Of a DNA stretch of 64,000 nt, positions 52,687 to 62,214 are shown one piece after another (position 1 is the first letter of the stretch; every line of letters begins with the position of its first letter). Position numbers and translations under genes: made by a program. Under the pieces are notes generated by a model. It was not told the origin of the DNA. It ran no database searches and worked only from the letters and a program-made list of their open reading frames with translations. The DNA comes from Paraspadella gotoi (Eukaryota; Animalia; Chaetognatha): contig JBJCIZ010000239.1 in NCBI GenBank assembly GCA_051294375.1, forward strand, positions 7,175,220 to 7,239,219, given 5' to 3'.

Positions 52687-54567
52687 ATGGTCCGCACGAT
52701 GGCATCGGCCCCTCCGACTAACGGCACCACTCAGGATGGAGCAGATGGAATCGGTCCGGACGAGTTTGCCGAACAGCTCGAACGTCTCCGGCACACGTTT
52801 CAAGACCTCTTCAACAGGGCCGTTGAGACGGGAACGTCAGCGGATCGTACGTCTGCCAACAGTATGAGAGAGGCGCTGGAAATTAAGAGGCAAGAGGCGA
52901 TGCTTCTCGCGGGAGAACATAGGCTGAGAAATACGCACGCATTATCACGAGGAATTGATCGGGTAAGAGACGCTTTGCGCGAAAACCCAAATTTTCCGCC
53001 ACTTTTGGCGGTTTCAAACGATGATACAATTATTGCTGACCCTGACTCCGGCCCTGGCTCTCGGGCCGGATCCCCGTATCTCCTCCCCTCCGACACTACA
53101 GTACCGGTCGTAGGGAGAGGACGGAGCAGCAGTGGACGCTCGACGATGATCGTGGGAGGGGCGGCGACGACGTCGGTGGATGATCAGGATCCGATTGCAC
53201 GTCACTTGAGGTCCTCTGTTACGGCGCCTCCGCTGTTCCAGACGGCCTTCATGACCCCTCCCACGTCTGATTTAACCGTACGGTCGCTGCGGCGTGGGAC
53301 CTACACGAGCGCTTTCGCGCCGGTCCTGCCCATGAACCCGACTTCCGGGGCGACGACCACGCCGATGGTGAGAACGATAGCTACAGTGGCGACGGCGACC
53401 GCGACTCCTACCATGGTCACCTCCACAATTATACACACTACCTCTGCAGCGACGACAGCTCTACCTCCCGTCAGCTTTGCTGATGAGCAGCAACGAGCGT
53501 TCAAAGAGGCAGTGCAGAGGGCAGTTAACGATAGAACTAGAGCCGCACGCACCGAAAAAGATTTGGAGAGAGAGATGATGATACTGCAGGAAGAAAACGA
53601 TCGATTACGACAAGCTGCCAAGAGGCAGTCGGCTCGACGGCGTCTTCGAGCTGCCAGGGAATCCGCAGCTGATCGGTTAGCGGAAGAGACACGTTCACGA
53701 CGAGTTCCGAACGCTTCGCAAGCGCCGGCGGTCATCTCGGGACCGGCGCCGATCTTCCCCGCATTGCCGGCACCTATCCCGATTTCAGCTGAGGTTGGTG
53801 CGAACGCCGCGCCTCGGCCGAGAGGTCTGGTCGAACTAGCAACGGGTTTGAACGCTTTGCCTGCGAGAGGAGCCAGACCTTCAGCCGATAACAGCCCGTC
53901 GGCGATGAATCTTACGACTTTGACAGAGAGATTGTCGGCGATAGAGACTGTCGCTCAACAGCAAGTCGCAGCCCACGAGATCAAACGAGAACAATGGAGA
54001 CTTGAAAGGGAGAATCTCCAGAGGAATTTCGAGGCCACGGTGATGAGAATGGTTATGATGATCCTGGGCCGCCCAGGCGGCGAGAACGCAGCTCCACGGA
54101 TAGAAACGCCGCCTTCTCCACCGCTTCCTCGGACTCCTACTCATCAGCCCCTCGCTTCGCCTCTCCACGATTCTTTACCTCAAAGAAACAATTCTCATCG
54201 CGAGAGAGAAAGAGATCCTGTGATCGACGTTCAACAAGCTCAAATCGCGCAGCTTACCGAACAGCTTCGACAATTACAAGAGAATTTGAACGCCTTTCGT
54301 CAAGAGAGAAACGGTGGGGGCAAGCCCCGGGAGGCGGCCCCGCCTCCTGAGGCCCAGCCCGCCGAAAATGATAGATTGCAACAATACCTACATTTGCAGT
54401 CAATAGAATCGACAATTCGTATGCTCAAAGACTTGCGCCAAGAAGAAATGTTTAGGAATGAAGGAGCGAAAAACAAAGTAAACAGCATAGGAGGAGGGAG
54501 CGGATTGAAAAAGGGTAGGTGTAGCATGGGCGGGAGCAGGAGTTTGAACATAACCAGTTGTGGCTGA
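52687..54567 (+). CDS. BEL/Pao Gag N-terminal region (coiled-coil, Pro/Thr-rich); last ~30 codons run into an inverted segment
   Basis: 626-aa uninterrupted ORF starting ~155 bp after the 5' LTR. Confidence 0.7.
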   Translation: MVRTMASAPPTNGTTQDGADGIGPDEFAEQLERLRHTFQDLFNRAVETGTSADRTSANSMREALEIKRQEAMLLAGEHRLRNTHALSRGIDRVRDALRENPNFPPLLAVSNDDTIIADPDSGPGSRAGSPYLLPSDTTVPVVGRGRSSSGRSTMIVGGAATTSVDDQDPIARHLRSSVTAPPLFQTAFMTPPTSDLTVRSLRRGTYTSAFAPVLPMNPTSGATTTPMVRTIATVATATATPTMVTSTIIHTTSAATTALPPVSFADEQQRAFKEAVQRAVNDRTRAARTEKDLEREMMILQEENDRLRQAAKRQSARRRLRAARESAADRLAEETRSRRVPNASQAPAVISGPAPIFPALPAPIPISAEVGANAAPRPRGLVELATGLNALPARGARPSADNSPSAMNLTTLTERLSAIETVAQQQVAAHEIKREQWRLERENLQRNFEATVMRMVMMILGRPGGENAAPRIETPPSPPLPRTPTHQPLASPLHDSLPQRNNSHRERERDPVIDVQQAQIAQLTEQLRQLQENLNAFRQERNGGGKPREAAPPPEAQPAENDRLQQYLHLQSIESTIRMLKDLRQEEMFRNEGAKNKVNSIGGGSGLKKGRCSMGGSRSLNITSCG

Positions 54568-56435
54568 TATTGTGCCACCTGATTAACCGGCATCTGTCGG
54601 GGCACCGGCGCCGCGCCGTGCAGCATGGGATGATGATTTCCCCTGCACTATTACATGGTACACCTAGATCTACATCTAATTGCTAAATGGTTAGGAGTTA
54701 AACATTTAAAACATAATCGTTGGCCTGCCGCTAAGTCGGCTCTCGCCTGGACGCGAGTGCCTGATAGCCTGTACACTCCCAGATCATATGGTCTTGNNNN
54801 NNNNNNNNNNNNNNNNNNNNNNNNNNNNNNNNNNNNNNNNNNNNNNNNNNNNNNNNNNNNNNNNNNNNNNNNNNNNNNNNNNNNNNNNNNNNNNNNNNNN
54901 NNNNNNNNNNNNNNNNNNNNNNNNNNNNNNNNNNNNNNNNNNNNNNNNNNNNNNNNNNNNNNNNNNNNNNNNNNNNNNNNNNNNNNNNNNNNNNNNNNNN
55001 NNNNNNNNNNNNNNNNNNNNNNNNNNNNNNNNNNNNNNNNNNNNNNNNNNNNNNNNNNNNNNNNNNNNNNNNNNNNNNNNNNNNNNNNNNNNNNNNNNNN
55101 NNNNNNNNNNNNNNNNNNNNNNNNNNNNNNNNNNNNNNNNNNNNNNNNNNNNNNNNNNNNNNNNNNNNNNNNNNNNNNNNNNNNNNNNNNNNNNNNNNNN
55201 NNNNNNNNNNNNNNNNNNNNNNNNNNNNNNNNNNNNNNNNNNNNNNNNNNNNNNNNNNNNNNNNNNNNNNNNNNNNNNNNNNNNNNNNNNNNNNNNNCCT
55301 GCCGCTAAGTCGGCTCTCGCCTGGACGCCGAGTGCCTGATAGCCTGTACACTCCCAGATCATATGGTCTTGTCCACAAAAATAGCATGCGGAGTTGACGC
55401 GGGTCGGCGTGAGGTATACATTGGAACTCCTGGCGATTTCGTCACCATCTGGATCTGGGGAGCAGGTGTAGCCGCCGCCTGTTGAATCGGCGGCTGCACC
55501 GGCTGAATGGCCGGATAAGTCGGCCATTGGGCTGTTATGTAGGCACAATCGGCTTCTGGGAGAGAGCCGTGGCTTGCTTCAGTTATGCTCGTCTTCGTCG
55601 CTTCTTTTTTTCTTTTTCTTTTGCAACTCGGTTGGCGGATCGGCTGCGTCAGACGAATCAACGAGTCTGTGGCACTCGTTTCTTCTTTGCTCGATGCCCC
55701 CACCGTTTGTCACGGGGCAGCGTGCCAGTGTTTGCCGCAACACGCCGCACCGCAGCCGTCGTCGCTATCTTTTCTTTTTTGCCATAGACCGATTTCACCG
55801 CAACAAGGTGAATTTTCAAAAATTCAATAAATTCGTAAAGCGTAATTTACGTCCATTCTCTAAACAGATTGCGAAATTTTCCTCTGCGAATTTGTCTTTC
55901 CATTGAGGAAACTTTGCGTCGAGAATCTCTGAGATAACGTGTCGCGCGTTCAAATCGCGCATTCGGCCTTTGCCTCCGCGATGCCGGCGATATTCTCTAG
56001 AGCGTAATCGTCTCTCGATCTCCGTCGCTTCCTTGCCTTACCCGGCTAAACAATCTTTTAGCATTTCGTGAGGCGAGGCGTCGGGTCGTCCAAATTCCTG
56101 ATGAAGCATTGCGACGGCTTCATCTAGCCGCCGAATAATCAGTCCGATGAAAAAATTTTTGGAGTTTCAACCGGCGAGACCGCCGAAACCAGTGGCGTAG
56201 TTCCTGATGACGCATCTGGGCGGTGACACCAGGTTGAGTCATCGCCGCCTCCCATTGTCTCATGTGAATTTGAAGACTTTTCTCCTTCCCAGCCCCTTCA
56301 GGACCCTGGGACGGCGAGCGCCGCAGCGACGGCGCAGGGAGGACTGGCCGATTCAGATCAAATGATGACGGTTCCCATGCCCCCGGCAGCAGCAGTGACA
56401 CCAGCAGCGATGCCCACTCCGCAAGCGGGAACAAT
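54480..56435 (-). CDS. Inverted BEL/Pao Gag C-terminal part with three zinc knuckles
   Basis: Minus strand: CYFCGQDHMIWEC...RLCFKCLTPNHLAIRC...CRGNHHPMLH, the triple knuckle pattern of BEL/Pao Gag, opposite in orientation to the rest of the element. Confidence 0.75.
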
Positions 56436-56490
56436 CAACAGTTGACTAGCAGTTGCGTCCGCTCCTGGCGAGGCGACCTTTCGTCCTGTC

Positions 56491-57282
56491 GTGCCAGTCG
56501 TCGTCGAGATGAACGGACGCAAATGCACGACTTATGCAATGATCGATAGTGGCTGTAATCGCTGCGTATTGAAAGAAAACATTGCCAACGATCTAAGTAT
56601 AATTTGCAATGATGTAAAAATGAGAATTCGAACTTTAGATAGTGATGTTATTGTAGACAAGAAAGTTGCTGATTTTAATATTGAACCACTTAATGGAACT
56701 TTTTCTCTTTCTATCAGGAAAGCGATTGTGGGATGTTTACTGACTTCGGAGGACGACCTCCCCCCAAATGATGCAGATGTGGTCGACAAGCCTCATCTCA
56801 AGGGGGTAACGTTCCCCAACCTCCCTGACAAAGAGGTCGGCGTGCTCCTCCCGGCAAACTACGCCTACACTTGGATTGATGGAGAGGTTCGACAAGGTTC
56901 GCGAGACCAGCCGGTAGCCATCAATACGATGTTCGGCTGGACTTTGATCGGACCCAGAGATGGGAAAAGCGGCGATGACGTGGATTGCGCACGCATGACC
57001 ACCGAGTTTGTTAAAGATTTACCAATTGTACATAAATATATCGTTGACTTACTCGACGACTTTCGTTTAGTACAGTCGATGCAAAAGATGGTGAAAGATT
57101 ATCGGTTTTGCGACTTCCGTAAAACAAAAAACAGTGAAATATTGCAAGTCTCAAACAACATGCGCAACAACTTTGTCGACAACTCTGGCGCCAACCGACG
57201 ACAAATCCTTTCTTGGTCACCGAAACCCTTGCTCAGCTCCTTCCTTCCCCCTCGATGCCGGAGATCATTCCGGCGGAGATAA
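56491..57282 (+). CDS. BEL/Pao aspartic protease (homology fades after ~57010)
   Basis: PVVV...TYAMIDSGCNR catalytic DSG; VGVLLP...PVAINTMFGWTLIGP motif typical of BEL/Pao. Confidence 0.85.
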   Translation: MPVVVEMNGRKCTTYAMIDSGCNRCVLKENIANDLSIICNDVKMRIRTLDSDVIVDKKVADFNIEPLNGTFSLSIRKAIVGCLLTSEDDLPPNDADVVDKPHLKGVTFPNLPDKEVGVLLPANYAYTWIDGEVRQGSRDQPVAINTMFGWTLIGPRDGKSGDDVDCARMTTEFVKDLPIVHKYIVDLLDDFRLVQSMQKMVKDYRFCDFRKTKNSEILQVSNNMRNNFVDNSGANRRQILSWSPKPLLSSFLPPRCRRSFRRR

Positions 57283-58830
57283 CCATTTTCAGCAAAGACG
57301 AGAACCAACCCACGATCTCTGAAAGAGACGAGGCGCCGAAGTCCGCGCCCCCGCCGACTTACGGCGGGCCAGACGCGGCCTGGCGCTCGTCAGAAAGAAC
57401 ATTGAAGCTGATTCTGTCGCGGCGTCATAGCCAAAAACTGGAAGTTATCCATGGACGCTATCACATTATAGACTCGTTTAAAGTTTTGTCCTTTCGTTTT
57501 GATCTATTAGCTTATCGTATCTATCGACGTTTAGTCTTCGTCAGATCACACAATTTCTTTATTACGACAAAAATCTTGTAACGTTCGATTTTTCCATTTA
57601 GAAATTAGTTTGTTTTTTTTTTGTCTGCTCAACTGATCGTTCTGTTAAGAAATTTGACGCGTACGCTCAAAAGAAAATTTTATTTCTACGATCTCGTGAC
57701 ATGGTTAAAATTCATTGTGTAACACATTGCAAAAAATAATTTACTTACTTTGATATTGATTGTGACATTCAAACGTTAGAAAGATTCAATCACATAACAG
57801 TAAAAGAAGGTACAGTTTTTTGACAGGCATTGAAAACAACACGGATAAACAATATTTTCTTCCTCTCCCCTTTTCTCATTTTTTTCATTTATTTCGACAC
57901 TTTATTTATTTTTTCTTTTTCCCTCGATCTTATTCCTCTTCTTCCATCTATCTTGATCCTTCTCTTCTTCTTTCCTGATCTTTTCTCTTCCTCTAGGCCA
58001 TACTTTGCATTGCCCCTCTAGATCAGAGTGGTTTTTGTTGGAGTTATTCCACCGCTCTGATGGAGCGCTGGAGGTGGGGGTGTAGAGATATGTCCCCCTT
58101 TTCCCCCCATTTATTTTGTTTGCCCTTTGTTATTACCGTTTCTGCCGATAGATGTCTCTTTTCTTTTCTTTAGGAGATTTCACTCCTCTTTTCTTTTCTT
58201 ACCAGATATACTAGGCCCATGTAGATACTTAGGCCTTTTCCGCCCGTCACCAAACTGCCTTTTACGAGGTTCTAGGACGCCCTCATGTCACCATCCGTCA
58301 CCTTTTGATACCGTTCACAGACAGTGATGCCACGGCCATAGAGCCCACGACGAGACCACACTCCAAGAGACTCGTTGACGTACTTGTGGTCAGACTTTAG
58401 GCTCCGTCATAGACTGGTGGACGGACTCATGGCCCACCACATTCGGCCACACTTGGGTGACGATAGCCTCGCCGATTACTCCTTCATCACGGCGAGCCGA
58501 CGTTTTCGGTGCACGCGCAACGGCGCTGGACGCGGCCACGCCCATTTCCGGAGACGTCAGCGAGGGACGTGGAGGACGGCGGTCCTCCGTAACAGCACGA
58601 CGGCGGCGAAGCGGAGGCGGCTACACGAGCACACGGCAAGTGTTCGTACATTCTTTGCTCTCTCTAATATTAGAAAACATTTAAAAAATAAGACATTAAG
58701 ACATTAAAACATTAAGGCTAACTAAAACTATCTTTACTTTTATAAAATTGAAAAAAATATTTATTAATTAATGACTCTTTTGATCAATCGATCATTCAAC
58801 CATTCAATTAATAAATTGATATTCATAATA

Positions 58831-58998
58831 AAGAGAAAACAAAGTTTATTTGTTTACAAACAACGGATTTTTATTCCAAAAAACGGACATGTTTCGACTC
58901 TAGTTTTTCCGAGTCTACATCAGCGCGTGAGAGTCGAAACATGTCCGTTTTTTTTAATAAAACCCGTTGTTGTAAACAAATAAACTTTGCTTTTACTT
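58831..58998. mobile_element. Short palindromic MITE related to the 51048-58669 element
   Basis: CAAAGTTTATTTGTTTACAA..CAACGG...GGACATGTTTCGACTCT / AGAGTCGAAACATGTCC...CCGTTGTTGTAAACAAATAAACTTTG; shares CAAAG, CAACG and GGACATGTTTCG landmarks. Confidence 0.75.
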
Positions 58999-59581
58999 AT
59001 ATATAAAAGCAACGAAAAGAAAGTCCTAACACAATATTCATAATTATATTTATAGTCATGGTTTATGAAAGACTAACCACAGAAAAAATGCTTTCAAGAA
59101 ACTAACAACAATAAAAATAATGAGGAAGAGAAAAAGTGAAAGCGAAAGAAAGAAAGAGAAAGAGAGAAAGAGAAAACAAAAAATACAGAATTAGAATTAC
59201 ATTGTGCTTTTTATTTCATTGTCTTTTTCATTTATTATGCTATGAGTCAAAAGAAAGATTTATTATAATGTTTTATTTGATAAGCTGATGGGTAGATTCA
59301 AGATAGTTTTCTCAAACCAATTGTCTCATTTATCAACTATAATGTGTACCTCATCCATCTGAAATAGAAGATAAAGACGATTCAGGAGCCGGAGTTAAGG
59401 AGAAAATACAATTAAATACTTTAATTAGTTTTAAATATTAATATTTTAAATTTAAAGTTAAATTATAAAATTAACCGATTTTAACGGTTAACCGTTAAAA
59501 ACGTTAGTTTTAACGGTTAAGCAAAGTTCCTTAAAAATTAACGGTTAACGGAACCCTAGCCCCGTTCCTCTTAACTGCTAG

Positions 59582-59652
59582 GCAGCCACCGGGCTAGAAC
59601 CCCGACCTTTGGGTTGGGAGGCGAATGACTTGCCTCTGGCACCAATGACCGC
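59582..59652 (-). promoter_or_regulatory. tRNA-Gly(CCC)-like module within the TRIM family 2 LTR
   Basis: 71 nt; acceptor stem GCGGTCA/TGGCTGC pairs 7/7 with G-U; TCGCCTCCCA like tRNA-Gly; T-arm TCGGG/CCCGG with GGTTCTAGCCC B-box; anticodon stem broken. Confidence 0.7.
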
Positions 59653-59910
59653 TGATGAACGGTTGGTGGATTTTTAGTCCACTATACATCCCCCCCTGCC
59701 GTAGGGAGAAGTCTGTTGTGTCTCTTCAGTGTGTTGTTGTTGTTGGTGGAAAGTTCATCACCAAGTTGAGGCATGTCGCCTGATGTGTTGTTGGCGGAAA
59801 GTGCATCGCCAGGTTGAGGCATGTCGCCTGAAAGTGTTGTTGTTGCTGTTGTGTTCGGAAGTCGGGTTCACCAATGAAGAGACAGTGATAATTGACAGAA
59901 CCGTTAAATA

Positions 59911-60730
59911 TGTGGAGCTGGAGCTGGAGCTAGAGTCGGAGCTGCCGGAGCTGGCATATTTGGCCGGAGCTGGAGCTGAATTTATTTTCTTACCGGAGCG
60001 GGAGCTGGAGCTGGAGCTGAGATTTTAGCTAGGCCGGAGCTGGAGCTGGAGTCGGAGCGGGCAAAAAACAGTCCAACTCCAGCTCCAAGAAATTTTCTTT
60101 TTTCAAATATGAAGGAAATTCTATTTGATGACAGTGACCATTAATTAAGATAGTTTTACTTACAACTGTAAATAGGGGGAGGAGCAATACCTAAAATAAA
60201 ACTATTTTATTCATCACCTTCAAAGGTGATCACATGACACAAAATTCAATGCAGAATAACACATAAAATACTGAGCCTTAAACTAGATAGTAAAATCCTG
60301 ATAAATAATCAAAATATTTTAAAATGTAAAAGGTAAAATTTTAGATAAATGTTATTTCATATAAACTATTAATTATGTGGGCATTAAATGTTTATCTTTT
60401 ACTCTTTTATAGTTTCTTATACTCATTGTCTACATTTAAGTACAAATCGTGATCTCATACATTAAATATTAAAAAATACATAAATATTATTAATAAATCA
60501 TTTATCTAATGATTTCATACATGAATTAATAAATTTATTATTTATTTAAATAGAAGAAAATAAATAAGTTATAAATAAGTAAATTAATAAAATTAGTACT
60601 GATTTAAATACAAGCAACATTAAACATTAAACTTTAAAGGGTCGGAGCTGGGAGCGGGATCTGGAGCTGGAGCTGTCTCAAAATTTTTATTGGAGCTGGA
60701 GCTGGAGTTGGAGCTGGAAAAAAATATAGA
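59911..60730. mobile_element. GGAGCT-repeat non-autonomous DNA element remnant (hAT-like subterminal repeats, termini not seen)
   Basis: GGAGCT/GGAGCG arrays at 59913-60060 and 60645-60718 flank an AT-rich core; it replaces part of the TRIM family 2 5' LTR. Confidence 0.55.
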
Positions 60731-60949
60731 ATGACTTGCCTCCGGCACCAATGACCGCTGATGGACGGTTGGTGGATTTTTAGTCCACCATAACATATAC
60801 ATATAAAATAAAATATAAAACAAAATATAATTTAAGAAATATACTGTGGCGACGACGTTTTATGATGTATACTGGATTTACTGTAGCAAACCGGCATTTA
60901 TTTATCTAGAAAATATCAATTATATTTAATTAAATATATCTTAACTCAC

Positions 60950-61131
60950 CATCCTGAACATCTCCACCAGGAAATAACGACATCGATTTTTCACCATCTC
61001 TGAGATTTCCCCCGAAAAAGTAAAGATCACGACCGTCACTCCAACCAACGTGAAATTCACGTCTCACTGGCTTCGAGAAATACCACATTATTTCGCTCCA
61101 AGTTCGTGTGGCATTGGTGTAGCTATACAGC
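60950..61131 (-). CDS. Upstream exon of the KLHDC1/2-like kelch gene
   Basis: AG acceptor at 61133-61132; LYSYTNATRTWSE...RREFHVGWSDGRDLYFFGG...DVQDG; GTGAGT donor at 60949; splices in frame (phase 1) to 50260. Confidence 0.75.
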
Positions 61132-61203
61132 CTAATTTTTCATTTCACAAACTATTAGATAATTTAACTCACAAATTAATTTTGCATTATTATATCTTTT
61201 ATC

Positions 61204-61478
61204 TGTTGTAGAAGACGAAAATAAAGGTAGGAAAAAAGGTGAAGATTTGTGACGATGTAAAGAGAAGTAGAGAAGAAGTGAGACGAGCTCTCTCCTGATC
61301 CACTTTTATCATCGCCCGGACCAACTTGACCTTACGGTCGCCTCGGCCCTATTACTGTGTCCGGTCAATCTAAGGTCATTGCCAAAGCTAGGGCAAAGTG
61401 AACCGTGTGGAATAGACCGGCTCGGAGAAAGAGAAGAGAGGAAGGGTTTAGAGAGAGACCGGTGGTTAAGTCGCCTCA
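61204..61478 (-). repeat. 3' LTR of the Gypsy element
   Basis: Minus strand TGAGGCGA...CTACAACA, immediately preceded by PPT GAGGGGGGGA (61479-61488). Confidence 0.7.
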
Positions 61479-62214
61479 TCCCCCCCTCAAGTTTCGGACC
61501 TTAGGGTCGAACTGACCCTATTTACATTTGAGGTGACTTGTACTACTAGTTTAAGAACAAAGTACTTTACAATATTGTTCCTCCTTGGGGGAATATTTGG
61601 GCAAACAATAAGGTTCTAGGAGAAACAATTGGGGGACCCACAAAAAGGGGTTGTCTTCTACAATAACTATTTACATATATCTCTTCCCAAAAAAAAAAAA
61701 AAATTGTGGGAAGAAATTTTACAAAAAGGAGTAGGGGATAGGAAAAATGATTTGTTTGGTCAAAGTGTTATGATGATTGCTTGCTGTTAGCAAGCTTGGT
61801 TAAATGGTTGAAAATAACAGCTGTTGATGATTACTTGCTGTTAGGCAAGTTGTTGATTAATCGTAACAGTGACCAACTGGTGATGATTGGTGATAGTGCT
61901 GATAACCGGTTATCTAACAATCACGGATCTCGCGAATGACTGATAGTTAGATCTTAAACATCTAATACAATATATATCTAGTCCTTCAGAACCCAGACGA
62001 TGGTATTGTCTTGCACGTGCTTGTCTCTGAGGTTGGATTCGTGTTTGGTTGTCGAGTGGATTGTTTGTCGTGGTGGCCGTTGCTGTTGCTGTGGAGGTTC
62101 TTGTTGACGTTGCTGTTGAGGTTGAGTCGCCTGAGGATATAAATGTTGGGAATGAGTGGAGTCGGCCGCTGGGCTGACTCTTGTTTCTATTATTTTGTTT
62201 GATGACCTTCCCCC

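Larger units (their letters stand above)
52001..58650 (+). mobile_element. Non-autonomous BEL/Pao LTR retrotransposon (gag + protease; no RT/RNase H/integrase seen)
   Basis: LTRs 52001-52531 and 58081-58650 (TGTAGAG...CGTACA), PPT GGAGGTGGGGG before 58081, 5-bp TSD TTCTT (51996-52000 / 58651-58655). Confidence 0.9.
51048..58669. mobile_element. ~1-kb TIR element (MITE-like, ~80-bp TIRs) whose right TIR is split by the BEL/Pao insertion
   Basis: 51048-51130 TATTAGAGAGAGCAAAGAATTTTG...GGACATG...CTTCAAGC is the reverse complement of 51933-52000 plus 58656-58669. Confidence 0.8.
50442..59558. mobile_element. Non-autonomous hAT-type DNA transposon carrying nested elements
   Basis: TIRs TAGAGTTCCGATAACCGTTAA / TTAACGGTTAACGGAACCCTA, subterminal AACCGTTAA repeats, exact 8-bp TSD GCCCCGTT (50434-50441 / 59559-59566). 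Confidence 0.85.
50328..60795 (-). mobile_element. TRIM family 2 with tRNA-Gly-like LTRs, interrupted by nested insertions
   Basis: Minus strand: 5' LTR 60795-59875 (middle replaced by a GGAGCT element), PBS TGGTGAACCCGAC (59873-59861), ~170-bp internal region, PPT GGCAGGGGGGGA (59700-59689), 3' LTR 59688-59559 plus 50441-50328. Both LTRs end ...CACTGTCTCTTCA. Confidence 0.75.

Noticed and set aside
59582-59652. Functional tRNA genes here and at 10796-10865
   Set aside because: Anticodon and D arms are disrupted and both sit at fixed positions inside LTRs.
59652-59690. Hammerhead ribozyme (CTGATGA), i.e. a retrozyme
   Set aside because: No downstream GAAA or helix II, and the sister LTR reads CTGATGG.
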